A stretch of DNA of 64,000 bases from Neoechinorhynchus agilis. Lineage: Eukaryota; Animalia; Acanthocephala. Shown here piece after piece: positions 24,201 to 36,993 of the stretch (positions within the stretch are counted from its first letter, which is position 1; the number at the start of each line of letters is the position of its first letter). Made by a program: the position numbers and the translations under genes. Where the stretch lies: contig CM121341.1 in assembly GCA_051530055.1 (NCBI GenBank), forward strand, positions 18,268,784 to 18,332,783, in the 5' to 3' direction. The notes under the pieces are model-generated. The model saw only the letters and a program-made list of their open reading frames with translations, did not search any database and had not been told where the DNA came from.

Positions 24201-24646
24201 AAGGTAATTTAGTCGTTAATACATCAAAAACAGTTATCCTACCACTAACTAAATCATACTTCTCTAGAGCTCAATTGAAAAAAGATCTGGCATCGCATTC
24301 AACATTTTCAGCTTTTTTAGCCAAGAGACAACCGAATATTTGGCATAGATTTTCCATCAAATAGGCAACGTTTTTTTTGGTTAATTCCTCGCTCTCTGGA
24401 ATATTTTATAAAGCATGAAATCTGTTGAATCGTATGCTTCGCCTTGAGCTCACTTTTAATTATATTTATAGAATTTTAATTACGCTTTTAGGAGGTTCAT
24501 TATGTTTCTTTGTAAGAAGACGTCCTCCCGAATTTCGATTGTCCCTTTTCAGCCATTTTATTAAAAAACTGAAGAACATTTTTAAAAAGATCATCGTTCC
24601 CAAATCAAAGTTTCCTCTCGGCCTTACACCATATTTTTTTGGCTAA
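21208..24646 (+). pseudogene. LINE ORF2 (APE endonuclease plus RT), fragmented
   Basis: IIANFYVVP..IIWGDFNSNG..FLDGAF (APE). The RT pieces at 22727 and 23849-24364 are split by a CRE insertion. Confidence 0.8.
22893..23905 (-). mobile_element. CRE-like REL fragment nested in the LINE RT
   Basis: CRC..HGLDC..RHSAVNRII..EP.GLSRNDGKRPDG..AVETLG..QRGNA. Confidence 0.92.
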
Positions 24647-25015
24647 AATCAAGTATTATTCTCCTCATTTTCCAGCCAATAAATTTTTATTTCTTAACAA
24701 TGAAATTTATTTAGTCTCTTTAAAAGCGAGGGCACTGAATATTAAGCCTGATCCTATTCTGATAAAACTTAATTCCTCCAAATAGCTTGACTTTTATATT
24801 TTATTCACTAATTTAATTCAAAAAGACAAACTCGAAATTATTGTGTAATTGAGTCCCTATTTTAGACTAGTAAACAGGTTAGTTTTTTCCATGGAGGCAA
24901 AGGAGTCCGGGGAGAACTGAGATCTACTCTGACTCGAGACTTTTCTCTTCATACTACTAACATCTTTTTTTAAAGGAATAATTTAAAAGGTTTTACAATA
25001 AAAAAAGTACAAAAC

Positions 25016-25290
25016 GTGCAATCACCATCGTCCACAAAATTGGAGCTTCTCTGCTTCCTCGGCTGTCGATATCACGCTAGCAGCATTGCCTCATTGTACT
25101 GCAAGCGAGAGATATTTCGTCGCAGGAATACACCTGCTCGTTTCTCTCAATTTCTTCGAGAGATCCTGGAGAAGACTGAGTACCGAGCTGCGAAGCGATC
25201 CACATGTCTCTACTCCGAAGGGGACAAAATAGTGGGCCCGCGCTAAATCCCTATATTTTCGTACCTTCCTCCCTTCCGCTGCACCTCTAG
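25016..25290 (-). mobile_element. CRE-like REL 3' fragment
   Basis: EGRKVRKYRDLARAHYFVPFGVETCG; same subfamily as 51701-52567. Confidence 0.88.
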
Positions 25291-25293
25291 CAA

Positions 25294-28070
25294 TTGCCAC
25301 CTCCACTACCGACGACACCGGTCCGTCCCCTCGCTTCGCTCGGAACCTGGATGCTAGACAACAATATGAAGACGGAAACTTGTCCGCCCAAAATAAGCCA
25401 AGTGAAAAGACCGAGGAAACGCCCAACGCTATTGGGACACCAAGCCGAAGTTATGTTCATCAAATCACTGACGCAGACACCTTGAATGCGCCACTTGTCG
25501 ATCACACTCAATCTGAGAAGATCAACGCTGCCGGGCTCCCACGCGTCTCTACCGGTGTATCGGTTTGCGATAAGTCTTTTAAATCAACCAATTTGGGGAT
25601 TTTGTTTGCCCATGGTCCCGGGATCTCCGCTGTAGCGGGTCTGGTTCTCCACCACAATCAACCGATCTGTTTATGCCTGGGACCTCTCAGATCACCACTG
25701 ACTCTATTTCGATACCTGATATCGTGCGGGTTCTGCCCAGGAACGCCCTGAAACGGATCCCAAAGGGCACACGATATCAGGTCGCCAAAGCATTTACGGG
25801 ATTGCTCAACGATTGCCTCCAAAAGAACTGTACGCCATCATGGATACGGCTCTTCGCATTCCCGCGCTTAGTCCTTTGCACCAGTGATGATTTTGGGGTG
25901 TTTTTGATATTAACAATCAATGAAAGGGTGGCCTCCCTCGAAAAGATATTTAACAATTTCGAAATGAAATTTCGCAAGGTTCGTAAGGGACGCACGAAGG
26001 AAGCGTTTCGTTGTCGTTTTTCAAAGCGATCCTTGACTGAACGTGTCTCTTCGAAGCTTGCGGACGGAGATGTTCAGTGGGCTGTTCGGTTATTGTCATC
26101 CTCCGACAGTTTTGCACAAGGAGACAACACGACACTACAAATACTCCGGCCAAAACACCCATGCAGTAGTGGCAGTTTTGAAATTCTACCTCCTCCCATA
26201 CACGACAGAACACCCACTCAAATTTCAGAGTTATAAAAGGCCATCTCATCTTTTGCAAATTGTTCGGGTCATGGGCTTGACGGGCTAAGTCCTTTACAAC
26301 TGGTGAAGCAGCTCTCTTTCTAGGAAGTGCGCTTTCTCGGGTAGTCGACCGCCTGACTGGAGAGGACCTGAATCCCGTTGCAAAAGACCTATTTTTCGGA
26401 GCATCATTATGTGCCCGAAACTTAACTACGAGGAGTTCAGAGCCGTGCGTGATTCTTAAGTGTGATTTTCAGAATGTCCTGCGCAATTAGGGATCACGCA
26501 CCAGAAGCCTTCCAGTATTTTCTCAATGCCTACGGACCGCGACTCCTTTGCTTTTCAAAGACCACCTCATTTGGTCCGATAGAGGAGTGCAGCAAGGAGA
26601 TCCTCTCGGTCCAATCGCATTCTCAGTAACAGTAAATCCAATAGCGCACTCTCTCCATTCCAGCTTCAACGCTTGGTACTTGGATGACGTTGCGCTCGGA
26701 GGAAACCCCCCTGTTGTACTGAGCGATTTGGAGACGCTGATTAGGGAGACCTCGAGAATGGACATTGAGCTCAATGCTGGAAAGTGTGAGGTCCTAGTAT
26801 TAAATATCGAAGACACCGCCAAAGTGAAGGAGCTGGTGGATAGGTTCGAGGTCGCGGCTCCATGTCTGAAACTCGTGACTCCAGAGCAACTCAGCCTCCT
26901 GGGTAGTTGCGTCTTTGATTCAAATGTGGAAGCTGAGATCGGCCGTATCATACCGAAACTTTCGTCGCTCTCTCGACTCACGAAGCGTTATTTCTGATAA
27001 AGAACGCACTCTTTATCCCGAAATTGTTACATAAGGTCCGCACAGCAACATTCCTCAAACATAAGAAAGGATTGGCTAAGCTCGACGACAAGGTGAGGGC
27101 TTGTCTCGAGCGTATTTTAAATGTCCAGCTCTCAGATGATATGTGGCGACAAGCTTCCTTGCCTGTGTCATTTGGGGGATTGGGCATTCGGGTGCTAGTA
27201 GACCTTGCCTTGTCAGCCTTTCTTGGATCGTATGAGGGGAGTCAACCGATAGCGAAGAAAATTCTGAGGGAAAGTTTTGTCTTGACCAAGACTTTGTGGT
27301 GGCAGTTGGAGATTGGTGCCAGCAGAAAGGCGCTAACCATGTTCCCGTGAATGGCATCAGACAGTCGATCTGTTACAGACCTCTCGCCGCGAGAGCTCAC
27401 ATCTCTCTACTGTCAGGTTCTCGCGATGGGGTCGTCCGAGCTAGATTGTTGGCAGTTTCGACACGAAAATCGGGGCCGTACTTGGAGGCTGTTCCTCTAT
27501 CATCTGTGGAAACTCTTCTCACTGATGAGGTAACGAGGATCGCAGTGTCCTTAAGGCTTGGTCTCCCGATATGCACGCCCAATCGCTGTCGATGTGGGTC
27601 TTTGGTTGATGCTTTCGGGCGACACAGTCTCGTTTGTCGAAAGTCAGTAGGAAGGTTCTCACGCCATTCTGAGATCAATAGCGTAATTTTTCGGGCGTTG
27701 AGAACGGCGAACTTCTTCAACATCTTGGAACCCGCCCATCTTTGTCGACTAGACGGTCGTCGACCTGACGGAATTTCGGTTTTTCCGTGGCGAGATGGCC
27801 AAATGCCTTCTCTGGGACGCCGCATGTGTGGACACTGTCGCAGTAAGCAACATTCCCTACTCTCTCGAAATCGCTGGAGATGCAGCCAGTGCAGTGGAAG
27901 GGAGGAAGTTACGAAAATATAGGGATTTAGCAAGGATCCACTATTTTGTCCCCTTTGGAGTAGAGACGTATGGAGCGCTTGGCGGCTCGGCACTCACTCT
28001 GTTCCAGGATCTCTCGAAGAAATTGAGAGAAACGACCGGCGACGCACGAGCGGGTGTATTCCTGCGACGA
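25294..28070 (+). mobile_element. Near full-length CRE-like element (N-terminal zinc finger, RT, REL), frameshifted
   Basis: VCDKSFKS (zinc finger), GVQQGDPLGP, AWYLDD, WRQASLP..GGLG, CRC..HSLVC, RHSEIN and RPDG. Confidence 0.92.
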
Positions 28071-28748
28071 AATAACAAACATCGATATTTGGAGAATGTA
28101 TACAAATTTATGGATCCTTAAAAGACCTTGAGTGTTTGCGCAATAAATAAAATAAAAATAATTCTACACGCGCGCTTGAAAACTCATAATTATTTAAGTT
28201 TATGAGTATATTCACATTTCTGATTGAGTGGGATTTTATTCGCGGTTTTTGCACAAACACTTTAATTGAACAAAAAGTTTTCCAATAATGGATGAAAGAT
28301 TTTTTGCACAAAAGTGAAGATCATTTTCAACTGTAGAAAATACACCAACACGCATAAAATTCAAGAGAAAAGAGTTCAGCACGCCAAATTCTTCGAATCA
28401 AATTTGAAATTTCTTAAGAAACGACATCACTTCGAAAACTAAGCAATTCTGTATTGTTCGACTTCTTTCGAATCCTAGATATTTTCAGAGATTTTGCGAG
28501 CACGATCGTGGGAATTTGTTAGATTTTTGAGCGGGATTCTTCAGGTAGTAACTTGGAAGAAGCACATTTGCCTCAATTTTTCGAAGGTAACGAAGGAACG
28601 ATGCATCCGTCTTTTCGACCGTTACACCAGGACGACAGCTGAATGATCCAGAGCGGTGGTGTGAATGATATTGTGGCTTAAAATAAAGCATCGGTTGCTT
28701 AAAAAAATTAGAAATTAATGAAATTGTTTTTATCCGGATCGATTATAG

Positions 28749-30143
28749 ATGCTAAATTTTTTAGAACAATCATCGATTTCACTTTTACGAAAGCCACTTA
28801 GAATGACATCCGATCGTAAACTGAGCTCTTATTTATACGTCACTGGATACACGGGAACTGGTGCTCTCGGATTACGAGAAAAGCTGCTGTATCTGCGATC
28901 AGAAAATCCGGATCAAAAACGAATTTTGAGATTTCCGCATGTTAAGACTCCAAGAATTTTAAATTGGTCCAAGGTAAGCCGCACAGCACATTCGAATATT
29001 CAAACGATCGCCTGTGGTGTTGGTTTCACTGTCGTCGCGGAAAATTTAAAGGAAAGTCAAAGATCCAATAGTCGAAGTGGATTATTTCTCTTCGGTCTCA
29101 ATATCCTCGGGAATCATCAGGAAGAACAACGAAAGATTATCACGAAACCTACTGAGATATTTAACCGAACACAAATGTCAATGAAGACATCTTTTGTAAA
29201 ACTAAGTGCCGGGCGATCACATTGTCTTTGTCTTGACAAAAATGGACGAGTTTTTAGCTTCGGAAGCAATAAGTTTGGACAATGCGGAAGTAATATTTCA
29301 TTGGCATCTCCAGTTCAACTTAATTGAAGATCACCGTCAGGGGAAACGGACGCTAATCTTTTTTGAATCGAAAACGTCGGAAAGGCGAAATCAGTAGCAT
29401 GCGGACTGGACCACTCCCTCATCTTAACAGAAACCGGAGAGGTTCTTTCTTTTGGACGGAATGATAAATGTCAGCTCGGTCGTCCATCATTTGCTTCATC
29501 GTCTTGGAAAGTTGGTGGTGCAATAAAGGATAAACGGATCGTTAAAATTTCAACGAAAGGCAACTTTTGTTTGGCACTTGATGAAGAAGGTCTTGTTTAC
29601 GGTTGGGGGGATAATGAATTTGGTCAACTTGCGCCCCCTGGGCACAGGTCGATTGCTTTGGAGCAACCTCAGGTTCCATCTCCTTCACATTTGGACATTG
29701 CGTACCGTATCAATGACATCGCGGTCACTGAAACGTGCGTTTCAGCAATCGTCTCGATCGACGACCGCCTCGATCTTCTCAGTTGGGGATATTGGAAATG
29801 GAACGATTCAAACAAAGAACACCAAATTCTTAAGAAAGGCATCGCAAAACTGAGCTTATGGTCCAACAGCCGCATTATAAAAGCGGATCTGAGCAAGGAC
29901 GGAATGCTCACCTCGGGAATTCGCTCGTTTGGATACGTTAACAACGAAAATGGATCAGCATTTCTTTGGGGGTGCAATAAGCATTTAAATCTTCCCGTGG
30001 ACCCAGATATGGTCGTCCTTGGAAAGACTAGCAAACCACCAAAATTCATTTGTGAACCAAAAAGAATGAATGTTGCAATGCACATTCGAGAACTGAGACT
30101 CGGACTTGACCATTCGGTTGCATTGGTAGAGTCTTTTGCTTGA
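28749..30143 (+). CDS. RCC1L: RCC1-like mitochondrial protein (WBSCR16); two in-frame TGA codons at 29325 and 29364
   Basis: GALG, IACGVGFT, FGLN, SAGRSH, GQCG, VACGLDHS and GWGDNEFGQL match human RCC1L in order. Confidence 0.8.
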
Positions 30144-30609
30144 TGATAGGAATTGTCAAACCATCATGTGTGTTAGTGTACTTTGTTGAATATTTTCTGG
30201 AAATTAGGAAGCGCCGATTGCCGCGATTATTTATCAATAATCCTCGACCATGTCGTAGATCCGAGATATTGCGTTTTAGAAAAGATATTTTAGTTCTCGT
30301 TCACGTAGACCATGTGCTATAAAAGACAACTTTTATTGTTTTATCATAAAGTTGTAATCCGTTGATCAGTGGAATTAGTCGAATACTATTGACTAAATGA
30401 AATGTAAAGCACCCAATATTTCCTCGGCGATTAGTTTTAAAATGCAAATATATTCGCGGAGGACTTATACGGAGACTTAACAAAAACAAAGTTGGGTAAC
30501 CTATTAACGCGTGGCATTAAAAATGCATCCTCTGAAAAGCAACTTAGCCGATGCACGTCGCTCTCGCTTGAACTTTCATTTTTAACGAAATCATTGTAGA
30601 ATTCGCCAA

Positions 30610-32925
30610 ATGACAGCGAGAACATCATCGATCGATTATCTTCGGTATTTCCTGCTTCGCGTCGACATCAATGGCATAGAAAAACCCCTTCAAGTACTTT
30701 TCAGTGCAGAGAATGATAGCGCAACAAGAACTCAAATGCTATCGATAATACTTCGCCATTTACTGGAACATTCAAACGGAGACGAATTTAACCTCGAGAA
30801 ACTTCTCCGGTTTATACGAAACTCAAACCTTTGCAAATACACTACACAGATTGTCGATCATTTAATCGCGATTATTTGTCGAAATTTACGACCGAGGCCG
30901 TCGATTTCTCTGCTTGCTCTTTCCACAATAATCAAACACGTTCAGATTCCGTCTGATTCATTGATGAACTGTCTTCAATACGTATTCGAAACGTTCTCTG
31001 AATGTACACCAAACAATGGGATTCTATTTTTAAGCTTGAGAGCCATTAAGCTGCTCTTTAGAGACCCACCTAATTGCATATTGGATAACCTTCTAAAAAT
31101 TGTCGTTCATCCGCTAACGAGCTCCCGGGTTAAACATGCGATTTGTCTCCAATTGGGAAGGATGATTCTTGTCAAAGAAAACAAACAATGCCTTGAAACG
31201 CTAGACGAGCAAATTGGTCCCCTTTCAAATTATTTATGGCAAGATTCTCAAGTACGGTTGGCTTACGTCCAAAACATTCGAATTTGTCTCACTAGATCCA
31301 TTTATGTTACGGAAACGGATTTAAATCGTATTTTTGTTGGAATGTGCCATCTTGCTCTCAATGATATATATCGATTGATCTCGTTATTTGCTACTCATGA
31401 CGTGATCGGTTGAAATCAATCGAGAGGTTCGATTGGAAGCACTACGCCTAATTCCACATCAAACGTTCGGCCTAAAAGTTTCGGTTTGGCATTTACTGCA
31501 AACTGTGGACAAGACCTGTTTAGCTTATAGCACTGTGAGTTGCGGATTTCTTAAATATGATTTTCAAATTTACATGTGATCAGTAAACGATCGCTCACCG
31601 AAAAAATAGTTCCTTTTTAACATCTTACATTTTTCCCGATCGTAGCTTAAATACAATATAGTGTTTGTGCCATTCTAATTTAACGCAATTTAAAATTGGT
31701 AAGCAACATATATTTAGATATCCGCGCATTTATTCTTCAAAAGTGTTTCCTCAGGAGTGATGATCAATGACTTTCTAAAAAAGGGACATCGATCAATTTT
31801 TAATCCGAACGTACCTTTGATTCCGATCAACGCGACCGGTGTTTTTATCGGATGCTCCGAAGACGAAGACAAAGATGTGCGGATGGTGTCAATAAATTCC
31901 TTGGCAGAATTACTAATTTTGATAATTGAACAAAGGCCCAATTGCCCTTCGAATTTCATTTCAACGGCCGTGTACCACATCGTTGATATGATGACGGACG
32001 AGGAGAATGAAGTCCGAATTTGCGCGATGGGCGCCCTTATAAAAGTGCTAGGTTCATCGAAATCTGACATAAAATTAAGTCTTAACAAAATCCAGGTCAT
32101 GACGTTCAATTCTGAAGATCGGAATAAGAAAATCAGACAAAAGTGTCGCCAAGTTTACAGTATTTGCCGTGTTTTTAATTGTGAAGCGTTGGCATTACTT
32201 ATAAAGTCGATATTTGGATGCATACCGATGAAGGGAGTTCACTTCGCTTTGCTCCTAATGCGAGCTGAACCCTCCTCGCTGTAGAATCCAACAAATCAGA
32301 GCTATTGCCCTGTATGAAATGTTTAAGGAGTGTAGCCAAGCGCAATTATGAGCTTTTATATCAAATGAAGGACGAACTGCTTGGCGATGGAAATTGTACA
32401 AATCTCGATAATCCTCTCTTTGCATGCACAGTCGCGATGGTCGACGAAGCTTCTTCGATTCCCGATCAATCCGATCAATGGAATTTGTCGGATGACCTTA
32501 GAAGAATGTGCAGACTTTTGCCAATTGAATTCGTAAACAAACGAAAATATCCGAAAGTTCCAATCGAATTGATTGAACCGTCGTCCCTGGGCAGTGAACA
32601 AAGCATTCGATATTTTGATTGTCCCGTTCGTCTATTTTATGCCGGAGTGCCCGCAAAATTGACGCTAAAAGCTATCGCTCAATCAGACTACAAAATTAGT
32701 AAGTATCTTTTGTTCGTAAGATTGACTTATCCTGATGGAAAGATCCAAATCGAAGAGGTCACTATCAATGACAGGAACAGAATCGATGAACATGTTCGGA
32801 TTTATAGTCGAAATCCGTGGACGAGTGCTGCTTTTATTCATGTTTGTCTTGGACGGCTGGACGGGGAAAACTTTGTTAAACTCTCACAAACCGTGAGCGT
32901 CCTCGTTAAAGCCATAGACAATTGA
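30610..32925 (+). CDS. INTS4: Integrator complex subunit 4; frame break at about 31370-31425, canonical intron 31535-31717, 1-nt frameshift near 32275
   Basis: MCH..D..VR..A, LLQTVDK, GVFIGCSEDEDKDVR, VDMMTDEENEVR and NPWT match human INTS4 motifs. Confidence 0.85.
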
Positions 32926-33565
32926 TGTTCAGAACCAATTGTGCGAAAAAATGTTTTTATCGCAGTCTATTAACGAATCGTAGACGGGGCTATTACTGTA
33001 CTGTTTTTCAAAAGTGATTGGCGTTGCACTTTGTAAACACATTGGGTTTTTTTAATTATTTACGATTTTACTCAGTTTTCGGCAAAATAATGGCATTAGG
33101 GAATGCCGATTCGATTACAGGGTATTCCAATTCGTGAGAAGTTCATCAAATGACGCGAGGTTACAAACAATAACGTGTTTATAAAAGATCACTTAAAATT
33201 CGCAAATCTAATGCTAAGATGGGCAAAGCGAATAATTGTGATTGGCTAATATACACAGAAAATTATTTTGGCTATAGTTGACGTTTGTTTTAAAAAAATA
33301 TAGTACTGAGCAATGAGATTTTATCACTTTTTCAACTCGGACTAATTTGAAGCATATGATCAATTTTCAACACATTAAAAATTCGTAAATGTTTTGACTG
33401 GAACGGAGGAACGTCTTTACCCTCCATTATAAACAAAAAAGAAGCCTTAATGATAAAAAAATCAGAACGGACCGTGCTATTAAAGTTTCGACTCGCTTCA
33501 AAAAATGGTACCGCTTGGTACTAAATTCAATAATGCCTGAGTTTTCCAAAGACTAATGATTAAAC

Positions 33566-35819
33566 TGGTGGTTATTGTTTGAAGGAGAGCTTGTGAGGTT
33601 GGTCTTTCTTCAGGTTCATTTCAGGTTGTGATATCCGAGAAGATTGGGTAGTATGGAAAAAGGAGCGTAGGTACAGGGAGGGGACGACATGTGGTAAAAA
33701 TTGTGGTGGTAGGATTGAGAGGTGTTTTAATTGTTTTATGAAAATTTTATTAAGGCATTCGGTGAGATCTGGAAATCACCTGTGCAAATTTTAGATGCTC
33801 GTTTATGAAACATTTCAAGATGACGGATTTGTTCTCTCAAGACGACAGATTTGTGATTGGGAGAGGTTACAAACAGCTTAGGGAGGGTAAAATAAAGCTG
33901 TATCAAAATTTGGGGAGGTCGGGCCAATGGATTCCAAATGATGGAAGCGCTGAAGGAGGTAGATTTTAAAGGTATTGCGTTTGAGGGAAAGTGTAATGTG
34001 CGAGTCCCATTGCGGGTTTGATTGAAATTGGAGACTTAGAATTCTGAGGGAGGTGACTCGTTGGATGTCATAAGGAAAGGGAGAGGTAGGGTGGTGAATG
34101 GGTGATATCGTCGACGTATAAGAAGAGTACAGAGTGAGAGGAGAGAGGTTTGAGGTCGTTTAGGAAAATATTTAAAAGAAGTGATGACAGCACACCATCC
34201 TGATGTACGCCTTTGGTGAGGGATAGGCTGATCGAGGAGGTAGATCGGCAGTGAATGTATTGTTTGTGATTGTGAAGAGGTGAGCTAGCGGATCTACCAT
34301 AAGTTGTGAAGCAAAGATTGGAGTAGGCCTGAAGAAGTAGTGAATGGTCTAAGGATTCGGATGCTTTCGATAAGTCCAGTTTAACGAGACGGGAGACGCG
34401 AGAGGGATTATTATCGAGATTCCGTAGGAGCGTGCCGTAAATGCAAAATAAGACATCCGTTACCGAAAATTTGGGTTGCAAGCCGATTGGTAAGGGTGAT
34501 AAGTTGTTGTTGTTGAGAAGTGGAAAAATGCGAGATTCAAAACATTTTCGATGATTTTTGAAAGAGTGGATAGGATGGATATTGGGCGGAATGATTCGGT
34601 GGAAATTGGATGTCCTTTTTTGGAATAACTTTAGCATTTTCAGACATGAGGGTAGATGTCACATAAAAAGCTGTGATCTAAAATGTGGGTAAGAGGGTCT
34701 ATTAGTTTGGGGATGGTGTAGCGAAGAGCTCAGTTTGGGATTTCGGATTGAGAGGACGAATTTCGAGATAATTTCTTGAGATGCTGTTGTACTTCGTATG
34801 AAGAAATTAAGGAGAGTATCGGAGAGTTGACAGAAGTTTCAGATGTGGGCGTGAAGGATTGTGTTGTGACAGATGTGAAGCGGTGATTGTAATTTGAGCC
34901 ATGGCAGAGGTTTTGATTGATGGAGCCTAGAACTTGTTTTAATTCAGAAGAGGCCAAATTTGGATACGGATCAGGGTTGTGTAAACAAAGAGTCCTTGAC
35001 GGCCCGCCACCACGTTGAATTGTCACCCGAACGAATTTTGGAGGAAAGAAAGTTTTTGCGGACGATGAGTATTTTGTTAGTTAGAGCTATTTGCAAACGG
35101 GGAAGTCTGAAGAGTTATTGCGATGGGCTTAGATGCTTGCTTTTGGAGGAGTTTCAAGATTGGGTTATCCATGGTGGGTCACGGTCGGATATTCTAATGA
35201 ATTTCTTGGGTATTGTCGCATTTATGGAATTTTTATGATTGAGGTTAGGGAGGACATAACCAAGGAAGGGCAATTTGTGTTGCCAGAGTGGAATGTGCGG
35301 ATGCTAGAGTTGAACAATTTTATTAAAATGTGGATGTGAGCCTTTGTATAGATCAGCTACAGGTTTTTTGAGTAGGGCGATAATTATTTACTTGATTTGG
35401 GAAAAAGAGAGTAGTTAATGTGGAAGGGCTGGGAAATCGGTCTTTGTGATTTTTCGGGCGCCGGTGGAGTTGTACGTAATCAAAGAAGCTGGGAAGTCGC
35501 TTACTTTTCGATTGTTTGGGATTCGGAGATGTTTGTGGGTGTTCGCTAGAAGTGAAGGTTTATATTCATAAGATGAGGTCTGGGTTGAGTTTGGAGGGGC
35601 GGTGGAAAGATTTTGTGATGAGTGTTTTGTGGATAAAAACGAACAGAAAGTTGTGAAGTGGAGTCTGTGTCTCCTGTTAAGAAGAAGGAAGGTTACGAGT
35701 GGCGAAATAAAAGTTAGTACTAGGAGACGTGGTCTTGGGGCGTCTGTGGTGATCACGTTTATCCCAGACGGGTAAACGGGGAGATTTTATACGCTGAGGT
35801 GGGATGGAGGGAGTAGTCG
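33566..35819 (-). mobile_element. CR1/L2-like LINE ORF2 (APE plus RT), 5'-truncated and degenerate
   Basis: LDLSKASESLDH, GVHQDGVLSSLL and YVDDI; thumb LEMFHKRASKIC; APE-like region at 35415-35756. Confidence 0.85.
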
Positions 35820-36353
35820 CTGAACATAAAAGTGACTAAGGGAGTAATAACAAGATATTTTGCCATCGAAAGGCTCGTCGGGACGCTCATTGGATTGATA
35901 TCTCAATAGAGGTTCGGTCCGGTGTAGTGGTGATGATGTTAAAAGTACAGCAGGGCATACGTTCGGATCGTAGAAAACCATTTCACGTCCCGGTGCGAAA
36001 TTTCCCACGAATAACTGAAACTCTTCCCCTTTGCTTTTAACCATTTCAATGAGGTTTTTGCACCCGAGTGACTGGAATTTGATTCGGTGATGAAATTTGC
36101 CGAAATAGGTGTCACAGATTTGTTGCTCGGTAAGTTGTTCCTGCGTGGACGAAAGTATCAATTGAATGTTCTGAAAAAGTCTTATAACATTGGTCACTTT
36201 GCTTTCATCCCAATTCATATTTGAACAAGTTGATTGCACTTGCGCATTATTCTTCTGGGAACATTCCGAAGAATTAGATAAGGAAGTGCATCGATTGACC
36301 AATTATCGATCCAGCCTGTCTCGCCTAAAATGCGGAATCGCAATAATCACTAT
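35820..36353 (-). pseudogene. Fragment of the LOTUS-Tudor gene with an internal deletion
   Basis: Matches 37635-37703 fused to 38144-38610. Confidence 0.9.
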
Positions 36354-36993
36354 AAAACGCGCTGTGTTGAAGGATCGTCACATCTAAGTACCGTAAGAAA
36401 TTACCAGTTAGCAAGATCTGAGTCTCTAACTGAAATTAAATTTCTCTGTAGGTTAAGTGACGTAATACATCATTGATTTCTTCTGTTTCGAAAGTGCGGG
36501 TGAAACTTCCATCGCGTCAATACCAGTTTGAGTTTTAATAATAATAATTTGTTCAGTTTCTATGTTGTGCTGTTTGCTTTTGTGCTTTCTTGCCTTTTTT
36601 TAGTTCTTCGGAAATTTGGAAATTTCATGCGCGCAAATTGTTTTTGGTGGCTTTTTAAACAATTAATCCAGCAAATATATGTGAACGCTATTATTGCTGG
36701 TCAGCTTTATTCTGCTGCCGGCAGTTTGTGAGCATCTTAGAAGGTTTGTTAGTCGAGTAACATCTTATTTGCGCCTTGTTTGAAAGAACCGTGCCCCAAA
36801 TTCAAATGAAGAGGTTCTCGTATCGTTAGATGAAAGTAACATAGGGAAACTATTTTTTCCGTTTCGCTCGGATCAATGGTGAACCATAGGGTGGCCGATC
36901 TTAAGTTGCTCATGGTAACATAAATCTCTGGTTTTTTCGTTAGTTCACATTTGTTACCGATGCTCTTTTCATGTTCGAATAAACTATTTCTAG

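Larger units (their letters stand above)
19189..28160 (+). mobile_element. Near full-length APE-type LINE (gag-like ORF1 plus APE-RT ORF2) with nested CRE insertions
   Basis: TSD attctacac at 19180-19188 and 28161-28169, A-rich tail at 28142-28160, and an empty site in the paralogous arm near 42640. RT motifs RLDLNKAFDSIDR, GVPQGSPLS and YADD. Confidence 0.88.

Noticed and set aside
25295-25365. HDV-like ribozyme at the 5' end of the long CRE element
   Set aside because: I could not form P1 and P3 consistently by eye; this would need a descriptor search.
29325-31413. Nuclear TGA reassigned to Trp or Arg (TGAs in RCC1L; TGA versus TGG and TGA versus CGA between the INTS4 copies)
   Set aside because: Several genes here end in TGA (LIM, Dicer, RPB8, INTS4, PHD), long ORFs such as Dicer and Tudor have no internal TGA, and the INTS4 TGAs fall inside the probable intron.
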